Below are positions 54,758 to 63,985 of a DNA stretch of 64,000 nucleotides, in pieces. The notes beneath the pieces are model-generated. The model did no database searches. It was not told where the DNA came from and saw only the letters and a list, made by a program, of their open reading frames with translations. Position 1 is the stretch's first letter; each line of letters starts with the position of its first letter. The position numbers were made by a program, and so were the translations under genes. This stretch comes from Bacteroidota bacterium (GTDB lineage: Bacteria; Bacteroidota; Bacteroidia; Bacteroidales; ML635J-15). The stretch lies in the NCBI GenBank assembly GCA_034658655.1, contig JAYEFQ010000023.1, positions 18,374 to 82,373 of the forward strand, in the 5' to 3' direction.

Positions 54758-54907
54758 GAATATTATGAACCAGACACTGACTCTATTGACGGGCATTAAT
54801 TAATTGTATAAGCTGAACCCGACATGGATGGTCTCAGGAAAACAGATCTGAGAGTGAGATCGTAGTACAGTGTTAATAAATTCATTACCTGACTGCCGTC
54901 AAGCAGG

Positions 54908-55070
54908 CTCACACTTGTTTTTTTTCCTTCTCTGTACTCACTCTCACACTCACACTTCTTTTTTTCTCTCTCTACTCACACTCAAACTTGTTTTTTTTTC
55001 TCTCTCTCTCTCTGTACTCACTTTCACTCACACTTGTTTCTTTCTCTGTACTCACTATCACACTCACACT
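54908..55070. repeat. G-poor tandem repeat array (~4.5 units of 32-46 nt)
   Basis: Each unit is cacactt(g) + T-run + (ct)n + ctgtactcac-t-N-tcacact. The T-runs (3-9 nt) and CT-runs vary between units. Confidence 0.85.
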
Positions 55071-55194
55071 GTATTTCCTGTATGCTTGAAATTCGCAACC
55101 AAAACTGTTATTTTGTACATTTTTTAGTGATACTATTTGTTTTGGTATTAATCTTAAATCTGAGTGTTTTTTTAAGGTGGTATAAATCAAGCTC

Positions 55195-55617
55195 TTACCT
55201 TTTTAAGGTCAGTTGTTCTAAGGGTATAAAGCTTGTAAAGTAGAAAGTTTTTAAAGTTGTAAAGTCCATTATCACAATATCATAATCTGCTGAGCGTAAG
55301 CTCTCTGCCATCCCATGTTCGTTAGCAACACAATAAATGCATTTTTCAAAAGTTAAACCATCATCTGTGAGGCAATCATCGTCTGGTACATATAAATGCC
55401 TGTGAGCATCCGGATCAAAACCGTTTAAAATAATGACAGGTTTATAAAGACATCCATTATTACAAGATGTATATGTGCTGTTACATCCCGGCCATACACC
55501 ATAATAATGTGTTTTCCCGTTAACATGTAATGAACACGAATCAGCAGGCGGAATGCTTTGGGAAATAGCATTGATAGAAATAAAAAACGTTATTATTAAA
55601 AGGTATATTGATTTCAT
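55195..55617 (-). pseudogene. 3'-truncated secreted alpha/beta-hydrolase-like gene
   Basis: Signal peptide MKSIYLLIITFFISINAISQ, then YKPVIILNGFDP...ADYDIVIMDF, resembling the N-terminal third of lipase-like hydrolases. The frame ends about 20 codons later with no nucleophile elbow. Confidence 0.45.
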
Positions 55618-55618
55618 A

Positions 55619-56067
55619 TTATTTGTTTTTAATTTCATCAATTTGTTCCTGAAGGTCAATTACATATAAAGTCAATTCCTCCACTTTTTCTAATAGGTCT
55701 CTATTCATTTTAAGCAAATCAACTTCCTTTGAATCAATACTCTCTGCATCAGGAATGCCGGGTAAGTGCCGATTCAATTTAACAAAGCGTTTTAAATCGG
55801 AAATACTCATCAAATCATAATTTTCATCAAATACATAATTAGGCCAACAATAAGAACCTGCTTCTGCATATACTTTACATCGCAAGCATCCCGTGTTCCG
55901 AAAATGGCATCCTCACAATAACTAAAAATATTCCCTCCTGAAATCCACGATTTACCAAGTTGAGCTTGAGCAAACTCAACCGATATGAGGAGTAAAAATG
56001 CCATAAGCAAAAGGCTTACACGCCGGTGTTTACTGTGTGTGTCTAAATTAAATTTTTCTTTATTCAT
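55619..56067 (-). pseudogene. frameshifted gene for a secreted protein with a tail-fibre-type C-terminal coiled-coil module
   Basis: Two overlapping track ORFs in different frames. 55810..56067 carries the signal peptide. 55619..55885 carries WPNYVFDENYDLMSISDLKRFVKLNRHLPGIPDAES...LLEKVEELTLYVIDLQEQIDEIKNK. The frames switch near 55880. Confidence 0.55.
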
Positions 56068-56186
56068 ATTATAATGATTTTTGGTTTGTTTCGGCTTTGA
56101 TACCGATTGTGATTCAAAATTACCGATATGCTACGCTTTGCTTCGCCTATCGGTGTTGAATCTACATCGGCATTATACTTGTAATT

Positions 56187-56510
56187 TTGATTAATACATG
56201 GTATAATTTTACAGATCTACTAATTTTGAATTGGTTTTCCCAAATAATACAGGAAAAATCTAAAGAAAATTTCCGAAAACAGGTATATAGTTTTCTTGTT
56301 GACTCTAAGGTATTTGTCAAGAAAGTATATAACTTTTTAGATATTATTATAGAATTTCCTCAAATTGATACTTTGGAGCATAAAGTAAAAGGAATAAGAG
56401 GGTTTACTTTGATTAAGCAAGTTAATGTATTTTACATTATTAAAGAAGATAAAATCATTCTACTTGATTTTTTTGACAATAGAAATGATCCTTCGAAAAA
56501 GCGATTTTAA
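56187..56510 (+). pseudogene. ParE/RelE-like toxin ORF with no ATG codon and no partner antitoxin
   Basis: The C-terminal pattern ...IRGFTLIKQVNVFYIIKEDKIILLDFFDNRNDPSKK is ParE-like. The only start candidate is the TTG at 56187. No antitoxin-sized ORF lies on either flank. Confidence 0.5.
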
Positions 56511-56531
56511 GAAAAAGGTCTTCGATTAATC

Positions 56532-56577
56532 GTTTTGGTTGTAGGGATGCGATTAATCACATCCCTACAACCAAAAC
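56532..56577. other. perfect 18-bp stem / 10-nt loop hairpin
   Basis: gttttggttgtagggatg (56532-56549) pairs with catccctacaaccaaaac (56560-56577). No T-run follows. Confidence 0.85.
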
Positions 56578-56639
56578 TTATCCTCAATGCATAGTTGAAA
56601 AAATAAGTCAACAATCATGAATTTGTTTCACGAAACTGT

Positions 56640-56647
56640 TACTTTTG
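56640..56647 (+). promoter_or_regulatory. candidate -7 box (TACTTTTG)
   Basis: TAnnTTTG match 26 nt upstream of the glyQS ATG. Confidence 0.4.
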
Positions 56648-56673
56648 TTGACAATAATGAAAATTGACACATC

Positions 56674-58209
56674 ATGGGACAAGACGATCGTTTTAGCAAA
56701 ATAGTTTCACACGCCAAAGAATACGGTTTTGTGTTTCAATCATCAGAAATTTATGACGGACTAAGTGCTGTTTATGATTACGGACAAGCTGGCGTTGAGC
56801 TGAAAAATAATATTAAACAATTTTGGTGGGATGCTATGGTGAAAATGAATGAAAATGTGCTTGGATTAGATTCTGCCATATTCATGCATCCCAAAGTGTG
56901 GAAAGCGTCTGGTCACGTCGATGCATTTAATGATCCGCTTATTGATAATAAAGATTCTAAAAAACGCTATCGTGCTGATGTCTTGATTGAAGAGCACATG
57001 GAGAAGATTTATCAGAAAATTCAAAAGGAAATCAAAAAAGCGAAAAAGCGTTTTGGTGATGATTTTGATGAAGCTCAGTTTGTTTCAACAAATCCGAGAG
57101 TGATGAGATATCAGGAGCGTATCGATACAATTCGTAAACGTATGGTTGATGCACTGGAGTCGGAAAATCTTGAAGATGTCAAGCAATTAATTATTGATGA
57201 GGATATTGCAGATCCGGTTTCCGGAACACGAAACTGGACAGATGTGCGTCAGTTTAATCTCATGTTTGATACTAAACTGGGTTCACTTGCCGGTGATGAC
57301 AATAAAATACATCTTCGTCCGGAAACTGCACAAGGCATTTTCGTCAATTACTTAAATGTGCAAAAAACCGGTCGCCAAAGATTACCTTTTGGGATTGCAC
57401 AAATTGGAAAAGCATTCCGTAATGAAATTGTTGCTCGACAGTTTATTTTTCGTATGCGTGAATTTGAGCAAATGGAGATGCAATTTTTCGTGCAACCCGG
57501 AACCGAAAAAGAATGGTTTGAATATTGGCGCGAAAAACGAATGAATTGGCATAAATCACTCGGGTTTGATATGGATTTGTTCCGTTGGCACAAGCACGAC
57601 AAATTGGCGCATTATGCAAATGCCGCTTACGATATTGAATTCGATTTTCCGTTCGGATTTAAAGAACTTGAAGGCATTCATTCAAGAACAAATTTCGACT
57701 TAACCCAACATCAAGAATTATCAGGAAAGAAAATTCAATATTACGATCCTGAAAGGGAGGAATCTTATGTCCCCTTTGTTGTGGAAACATCAATAGGTTT
57801 GGATCGAACTTTTCTTATGGTTATGGCCGCTGCTTATGCTGAAGAAAAACTGGAGAAAGAAACCCGTGTAGTAATGAAAATTCCTGCACCATTGGCTCCA
57901 TATAAAGTGGCGATATTACCATTAGTGAAAAAAGATGGCTTGCCGGGAATTGCTCGTGAAATCATGGACGAGTTGAAATACGATTTTAATTGTTATTACG
58001 AGGAAAAAGACAGCATCGGAAAACGTTATCGTCGTCAGGATGCCATCGGAACTCCTTATTGCATCACCGTGGATCATCAAACTTTAGAAGATAAAACAGT
58101 TACGCTTCGGGAACGGGATTCAATGAAGCAGGAGCGCGTTGCAATCTCTGATCTTGCCGGTATTGTAGGCGAAAAAGTCAATATGAAACATTTACTGAAA
58201 CAGATATAG
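56674..58209 (+). CDS. glyQS: glycine--tRNA ligase (dimeric class II type)
   Basis: ...FVFQSSEIYDGLSAVYDYGQAGVELKNNI...PETAQGIFVN...FRNEI..R.FIFRMREFEQMEMQFF. Confidence 0.95.
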   Translation: MGQDDRFSKIVSHAKEYGFVFQSSEIYDGLSAVYDYGQAGVELKNNIKQFWWDAMVKMNENVLGLDSAIFMHPKVWKASGHVDAFNDPLIDNKDSKKRYRADVLIEEHMEKIYQKIQKEIKKAKKRFGDDFDEAQFVSTNPRVMRYQERIDTIRKRMVDALESENLEDVKQLIIDEDIADPVSGTRNWTDVRQFNLMFDTKLGSLAGDDNKIHLRPETAQGIFVNYLNVQKTGRQRLPFGIAQIGKAFRNEIVARQFIFRMREFEQMEMQFFVQPGTEKEWFEYWREKRMNWHKSLGFDMDLFRWHKHDKLAHYANAAYDIEFDFPFGFKELEGIHSRTNFDLTQHQELSGKKIQYYDPEREESYVPFVVETSIGLDRTFLMVMAAAYAEEKLEKETRVVMKIPAPLAPYKVAILPLVKKDGLPGIAREIMDELKYDFNCYYEEKDSIGKRYRRQDAIGTPYCITVDHQTLEDKTVTLRERDSMKQERVAISDLAGIVGEKVNMKHLLKQI

Positions 58210-58214
58210 TAAGT

Positions 58215-59750
58215 ATGCGAAAATTGGTTGTCATAGCAATTTTTACGTTTGCATTGTTTGCATCGCAAGGGAATGCACAATCGGTTCCGCGGGAATTATC
58301 CCCGGAAACCAGAGCCCTTATTAATGCGCAAATGCAAAATATGAAAGCTTGGTATCCGGTTCAAAATGCAGAGAAACAAATTGCGCCTCCATTTATGCAA
58401 TTGCCACCAACTCGTTTGGATATGCGGGAAATGTTACAAGTTGAATCTGAGTTTCCTATTGAAAAGACTGATTTGGTTATAGACATTTTATCCTTTTATT
58501 TGTCTGATCATCATGATGATTGCGTCTATTTGTTGGCAATGTCAGAAGTACAAGAGCAAGTTTCCGGTGCTACTTTTAAAGCACAGAATCTTCCTCAAAA
58601 TCTCATACATCTTGCCTTGGTTTCTTCAGGTATGAATCCTGATTATGCAAGTCCGACAGGAGCGCTTGGTGCTTGGCAGTTTAAGTATTCTACCGGACGA
58701 TTGTACAAACTGCGTATTGATGAATATGTGGATGAACGCCGTGAGCTTTCACGTTCTTCGGAGGCTGCAGCTAAGATGCTTTTCGATTTTTATCGACTTT
58801 ATCAGGATTGGCCGCTTGCAATTACTGCTTATGCTTGTGGACCCGTAAATGTTAATAAAGCGCTCAAGGAAGTGAGTCCGCAGCGAAGTTTTGATGCTAT
58901 TTATCCGCATCTAAAATCTCCGCAGCGAGACATGTATCTTAGCTTTTTGGCAGTGAATGTCTTAATATCAAATCATAAAACGTTTGGAATTGAACCGGTT
59001 TCGATATCATTTCCTATTGTTTCCGATACGGTTTTTGTGGATGAAGATTTACATCTTGGACAACTTGCTGCCGTTGCGAATATAGATGAAGCACTGCTTT
59101 GTCAATTGAATCCTGTTTATCCGAAAAAAATTGTTCCCGGAACAAAATCTATGCGTTTGCCATTGCTTGTCCCAGTTGGAAAAGCTGTCGATTTTATCCG
59201 CTTAAAAGATTCAATTTATGCATACAATGATTCTGTGTTTTTCAATTTAAAACCCGTAGAAACGGAGAAATCAGAAGTTGTTGAAAAGGCAGAACCCTAT
59301 CGTCCCGGAAAAGGATTTACAGCCGTAGATTACACCATAAAATCAGGTGATAATCTTGGATTTATTTCCGAATGGTTTGATACAAATAACAGAGAGATTC
59401 GCTATTGGAACGGAATACGTGGAAACTCAATTCGTGCAGGACAAAAACTTGTGATTTATGTGCCCGAATTAAAAAAATCGTATTATAGCGCAGTGGATAA
59501 TCTTAGTTTTCACCAAAAACAAGCTCGTGAAGGAAAGTTGGTTGAACAAAAAAAATCATCTGAACCTGTGACAGAGGAATTAAAATTTGGTGAATACGAA
59601 ATTTATACCGTAAAATCGGGTGATAATCCGTGGAGTATTGCAAAACAATTTCCCGGCGTATCAGATCAAGATATTTTACGCTGGAATTCTATTAATCCGA
59701 AAGGGCTCAAAATCGGACAAAAACTGAAAATTAAAAAACTTAGCAAATGA
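58215..59750 (+). CDS. MltD-like lytic transglycosylase with two C-terminal LysM domains
   Basis: Signal peptide, then an SLT-like core (...SGMNPDYASPTGALGAWQFKYSTGRLY...). LysM 1 reads YTIKSGDNLGFISEWF...AGQKLVIYVP. LysM 2 reads YTVKSGDNPWSIAKQF...IGQKLKIKK. Confidence 0.8.
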   Translation: MRKLVVIAIFTFALFASQGNAQSVPRELSPETRALINAQMQNMKAWYPVQNAEKQIAPPFMQLPPTRLDMREMLQVESEFPIEKTDLVIDILSFYLSDHHDDCVYLLAMSEVQEQVSGATFKAQNLPQNLIHLALVSSGMNPDYASPTGALGAWQFKYSTGRLYKLRIDEYVDERRELSRSSEAAAKMLFDFYRLYQDWPLAITAYACGPVNVNKALKEVSPQRSFDAIYPHLKSPQRDMYLSFLAVNVLISNHKTFGIEPVSISFPIVSDTVFVDEDLHLGQLAAVANIDEALLCQLNPVYPKKIVPGTKSMRLPLLVPVGKAVDFIRLKDSIYAYNDSVFFNLKPVETEKSEVVEKAEPYRPGKGFTAVDYTIKSGDNLGFISEWFDTNNREIRYWNGIRGNSIRAGQKLVIYVPELKKSYYSAVDNLSFHQKQAREGKLVEQKKSSEPVTEELKFGEYEIYTVKSGDNPWSIAKQFPGVSDQDILRWNSINPKGLKIGQKLKIKKLSK

Positions 59751-61240
59751 TTCGACCGGCACATATTCTTGGATTTTTGTTGTTTGTCCTAGCATTACTT
59801 GCTGCAATCACCTTTTTATTTCCTGAGAATACGGTTGAAGTTGCCGGAATGAAATTGAAATATCGCAATCTGGAGGATATTCTGCATCCGAAAAAAATAG
59901 AATATGCTGACATTTCTGATATTGTAAAATCCGATATTATCGAAGATACAGCTACTGCCGAACCGCTTGATACAACCGCTTTGTTGGATACAGTTCGTGC
60001 AGATGCAGATTTGCTTGCAGCCTCAGAATATCCGATTTTAACGACGGAGAGCGGGAAAATAAAATTACGCAGTTTTTTTAAGGCAATGGAAAATGCACGT
60101 TCTGCATCTAAGCCGGTGCGTATAATGCATTATGGAGACTCTCAAATTGAAGCCGACCACATTACTGGATATCTGCGCGAGCGATTACAACAAAGTTTTG
60201 GGGGAAACGGTCCCGGGCTTTTGGCTGTGAAACCAGTTACCCAAAAATTGTCATGGCGGGTGTCTGCTTCTGAAGAGTGGAATAGATATACGCTGTTAGG
60301 TGAAATTGATTCAACCATTACCCATAAGCGATATGGTCCTATGGTAAGCTTATTTCGCTTTGCACCACCTTGGATTGATAGTTTGCCAAATGACAGTATC
60401 ATGTATTCGGCAAGTTTTGAAATTAAAAATTCATTTAATGGATATTCGGCAAGCAACAGTTGGGATAATGCGAAATTATTTTACGGGAATTTGAATCGCC
60501 CTGTGCAAGTAATTGGGAAAGACGATGCCGATGAAATTTTTCTGGAAGATAGCCTGATGCCTACAGAAGCCTTACGTGCTTTGTCGCTCGGTAATTATAA
60601 AAAACAGTTTACAATTGAAGTTCAAGGACATGATAGTCCTGATTTTTACGCCATTTCGCTAGAATCAAATAATGGAATTATTGTGGATAATATTCCGTTG
60701 CGCGGTTCTGCCGGTACTTTCGTAACACAAATGGAATATAGTATGATGCTGCGTTGGCTGAATACACTCAATGCTAAATTGCTCATTTTGCAATTTGGTG
60801 TCAATGTGGTGTCTGATGAAGTGGAGGATTTTGCCTATTACGAAAATTGGATGTTTTATCAATTGAAAGCCATTGCTCAAATGCGTCCTGATTTGCCTGT
60901 AATTGTTGTCGGGATTTCTGATATGTCCAAAAAAGATGGAACAGAATATGTGTCTTACGAGGCCATTTCCAAAATTCGTGATGCTCAGAAAAATGCAGCC
61001 ATGGATGCCGGATTTGCATTTTGGGATATGTATGAAGCTATGGGCGGCGAAAATTCTATGCCTAGCTGGGTTTGGGCTGATCCACCATTGGCAAATACTG
61101 ATTTTACGCATTTTAATGTCAAAGGATCCAAAATCATTAGCAATATGCTGTATAATGCTTTGATGTTGGAATATAGAGAGTATAAAAAAGCGCAGCAATT
61201 TACTCAGTCAGATGAAAATCAAGTGAAGGATGAGAATTAA
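59747..61240 (+). CDS. membrane-anchored SGNH/GDSL-fold hydrolase or acyltransferase
   Basis: N-terminal anchor. Block I is HYGDSQIEAD, block III is QFGVN and block V is DFTHFN (DxxH). Overlaps the upstream gene at ATGA. Confidence 0.7.
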   Translation: MIRPAHILGFLLFVLALLAAITFLFPENTVEVAGMKLKYRNLEDILHPKKIEYADISDIVKSDIIEDTATAEPLDTTALLDTVRADADLLAASEYPILTTESGKIKLRSFFKAMENARSASKPVRIMHYGDSQIEADHITGYLRERLQQSFGGNGPGLLAVKPVTQKLSWRVSASEEWNRYTLLGEIDSTITHKRYGPMVSLFRFAPPWIDSLPNDSIMYSASFEIKNSFNGYSASNSWDNAKLFYGNLNRPVQVIGKDDADEIFLEDSLMPTEALRALSLGNYKKQFTIEVQGHDSPDFYAISLESNNGIIVDNIPLRGSAGTFVTQMEYSMMLRWLNTLNAKLLILQFGVNVVSDEVEDFAYYENWMFYQLKAIAQMRPDLPVIVVGISDMSKKDGTEYVSYEAISKIRDAQKNAAMDAGFAFWDMYEAMGGENSMPSWVWADPPLANTDFTHFNVKGSKIISNMLYNALMLEYREYKKAQQFTQSDENQVKDEN

Positions 61241-62459
61241 AGCAGGATTGATAGTGATGTTTCTCGGGATTGGGCTTTTATCAAATGCTCAGGTTAATCC
61301 CTTTGATATCAAAAAATATGATTTTATTGATTATGATGTCAATCAAATTACCACCAATGACAATCCTTATTTTGATGCGTTTTATTCAAAGCTTGATACA
61401 TTGATTTTACTTGGACAGGGAAAAATTAATATCCTGCATATCGGCGATTCTCATATTCAGGCAGATTATATTTCAGGTCAGTTACGAAAGAGGTTTCAGC
61501 AAATGGCTTGGGGTTTAAACGGTGGTCGTGGATTTGTGTTTCCCGTGCAAATTGCAAAATCCAATAATCCATGGAATTATCGGGTTAAATATAGCGGCAG
61601 TTGGAACAGCTGCAAAAATGTGGAGCATAAGCGAAATTGTGAGTTGGGACTAGCCGGCTTTCTCGTGGAAACGAAATCCGAAAAGGCATCTGTTCACGTA
61701 ACATTTACCGATAAGGAGTATCCACAATATCATTTTACATCATTGCGCATTTATCACAATATGGATACTGCAAATTGGGATATTCAATTGATGGATACCA
61801 CTATTCAGTACCAAGTTCGGCATATAATGGATTCAGCATATACACAATTGGTTTTTGAAACGGAGCAAAATTATTTGGATATTGAGTTTCTTAGGAAAAC
61901 GGAAATCGGAACTTTTGTTTTGCATGGTTTTAGTTTTGACAATGATGATCCGGGAATTGTTTATCACTCGCTAGGAGTGAATGGGGCAGAGGTGGAGTCA
62001 TGGCTTAAATGTCCGAAAATGATAAGTGAAATTCAGACATTGCATCCTGATTTGATTATTATTTCGCTCGGAACAAACGATTCCTACACCTCGAAATTTA
62101 ATGCCACTAAATTTGAATCTAATGTAAAACGCTTACTTGCTCGTATGGAACAAGCTGCTCCGAATGCTGCCATTCTTTGGGTTACGCCGGGTGATAATTA
62201 TCGCTATAGAAGATACCTGAATTACAGCACGTCAAAGGCATCTGAAGTTATCTTGAAAGTGACGAAAGAAAAGCAAGTTATGGTATGGGATTTTTACGAT
62301 ATTATGGGTGAGCTGAATGCCATAATGAATTGGTTCTATGCAGGGTTAGCAGCAAAAGACAGATTACATTACAATAAACAAGGCTATGAGTTACAAGGAA
62401 ATTTGTTGTTTAATGCCTTTTTGAGAGCTTATAACGATCATATCGAAAAACAAGACTGA
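61230..62459 (+). CDS. secreted SGNH/GDSL-fold hydrolase or acyltransferase (paralog of the upstream gene)
   Basis: Signal peptide. Block I is HIGDSHIQAD, block III is SLGTNDS and block V is DRLHYN (DxxH). Overlaps the upstream gene by 11 nt. Confidence 0.7.
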   Translation: MRIKAGLIVMFLGIGLLSNAQVNPFDIKKYDFIDYDVNQITTNDNPYFDAFYSKLDTLILLGQGKINILHIGDSHIQADYISGQLRKRFQQMAWGLNGGRGFVFPVQIAKSNNPWNYRVKYSGSWNSCKNVEHKRNCELGLAGFLVETKSEKASVHVTFTDKEYPQYHFTSLRIYHNMDTANWDIQLMDTTIQYQVRHIMDSAYTQLVFETEQNYLDIEFLRKTEIGTFVLHGFSFDNDDPGIVYHSLGVNGAEVESWLKCPKMISEIQTLHPDLIIISLGTNDSYTSKFNATKFESNVKRLLARMEQAAPNAAILWVTPGDNYRYRRYLNYSTSKASEVILKVTKEKQVMVWDFYDIMGELNAIMNWFYAGLAAKDRLHYNKQGYELQGNLLFNAFLRAYNDHIEKQD

Positions 62460-63985
62460 TGGAATTTTTAAAGGATTTCTTGACATATGACCCGAGACAA
62501 CCAATGCTGTTTACGCATTTGTATTTCTGGATATTCTTTGCGCTTGTCTTGGCGGTTTATACGGTGATTTATAAGAAAAATCTCTTGCGAAATGCCTTTT
62601 TGTTTTTTGCCAGTTTGTTTTTTTATTGGAAATCTGGTGGACACTTTTTTTTCATCTTGGTTTTTTCCACACTCGTTGATTACACCCTCGGCCAACTAGT
62701 TTACACCTCAAAACTTCAGTGGCGACGAAAGCTGTTTGTAGGGATGTCTGTTTTTGTGAATTTGTCTTTGCTGGCATATTTTAAGTATGCTTATTTCTTT
62801 GTGGATATTGTGAACGATATTTTTGGAACGCAGTACCAGATTGTGGATTTGCTGGCTCTTTGGACAAACAATCTTACGGGCAGTTCATTTAACATGACAG
62901 AAATAATTTTGCCGGTCGGGATATCGTTTTACACCTTTCAAACCATTTCTTATTCTGTCGATATTTATCGGCGGAAAGTAAAGCCGGTAAAAAACATTGT
63001 GGACTTCGGATTTTATGTGAGCTTTTTCCCTCAGCTTGTTGCCGGACCGATTGTTCGAGCAGCTGAATTTGTTCCGCAATTGTACAAAAAATATCAGGTT
63101 ACAAAGCGCGAATTCGGATATGCCTTGTTTTTAATTCTAAATGGATTAATCAAGAAAATGCTGATTTCCGATTTTATTTCCATCAATTTTGTGGACAGAA
63201 TTTTTGCTAATCCGGAATTATACACCGGACTTGAAAATCTATTTGGCGTTTACGGATACGGGCTTCAAATTTATTGTGATTTTTCAGGATATACTGATAT
63301 AGCAATCGGCGTGGCGTTGATGTTGGGTTTTCGATTGCCCTTGAATTTTAATTCGCCATACAAAGCCGAAAGCATTACCGACTTCTGGCGTCGATGGCAT
63401 ATTTCTTTATCCAGTTGGTTGAGGGATTATTTGTACATTCCTTTGGGCGGAAATCGTAAAGGGAAAATCAGAACCTATATTAATCTTGCCGTTACCATGA
63501 TTCTTGGTGGCTTGTGGCACGGGGCAGCTTGGCGTTTTATTATTTGGGGCGCATTGCATGGCGTTTGGCTTGGCATTCATAAAGGGTGGATTGCCGTTTT
63601 CGGAAAACCTAGCGGAAAGCCCGGATTTTGGGGCCATTTTCTGCGTGTTTTTCTGACCTTTAATTTGGTGAGTTTTGCTTGGATATTTTTCCGTGCTGCT
63701 GATATGCAAAAAGCCAATGCGATAATTATCAGAATCGGAACAATATTTAACGGTGAACAATTAAAGCAATTCCCTGAAATTATATCTGCTTACGGACATA
63801 TTTTTGCTTTAATGCTGGTCGCATATATTATACATTGGTTGCCGAAATCTTTTAAAACTAAATATCAAAATTGGTTTATCAATATGCACTGGAGTTTAAA
63901 AGTATTGATTGCCGTTGTTACAGCATTCATTTTATATCAGGCAAAATCGGGTGATATTCAGCCTTTTATTTATTTTCAGTTTTAA
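62459..63985 (+). CDS. MBOAT-family membrane O-acyltransferase (AlgI/PatA/DltB-like)
   Basis: Multi-TM protein with FWRRWHISLSSWLRDYLYIPLGGNRKG (conserved His). TGATG overlap with the upstream gene. Confidence 0.88.
   Translation: MEFLKDFLTYDPRQPMLFTHLYFWIFFALVLAVYTVIYKKNLLRNAFLFFASLFFYWKSGGHFFFILVFSTLVDYTLGQLVYTSKLQWRRKLFVGMSVFVNLSLLAYFKYAYFFVDIVNDIFGTQYQIVDLLALWTNNLTGSSFNMTEIILPVGISFYTFQTISYSVDIYRRKVKPVKNIVDFGFYVSFFPQLVAGPIVRAAEFVPQLYKKYQVTKREFGYALFLILNGLIKKMLISDFISINFVDRIFANPELYTGLENLFGVYGYGLQIYCDFSGYTDIAIGVALMLGFRLPLNFNSPYKAESITDFWRRWHISLSSWLRDYLYIPLGGNRKGKIRTYINLAVTMILGGLWHGAAWRFIIWGALHGVWLGIHKGWIAVFGKPSGKPGFWGHFLRVFLTFNLVSFAWIFFRAADMQKANAIIIRIGTIFNGEQLKQFPEIISAYGHIFALMLVAYIIHWLPKSFKTKYQNWFINMHWSLKVLIAVVTAFILYQAKSGDIQPFIYFQF

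Noticed and set aside
54908-55070. Possible CRISPR array, because of regularly spaced repeats
   Set aside because: The sequence between conserved cores is only T-runs and CT-runs of 10-20 nt, not unique spacers. The unit length is irregular, and no cas genes are present in the window.
54870-55190. Track ORFs 54870..55127 (+) and 54972..55190 (-)
   Set aside because: They are translations of the low-complexity tandem repeat (runs of LSL, THTH and ERER). Neither has a credible start context or any protein-like pattern.
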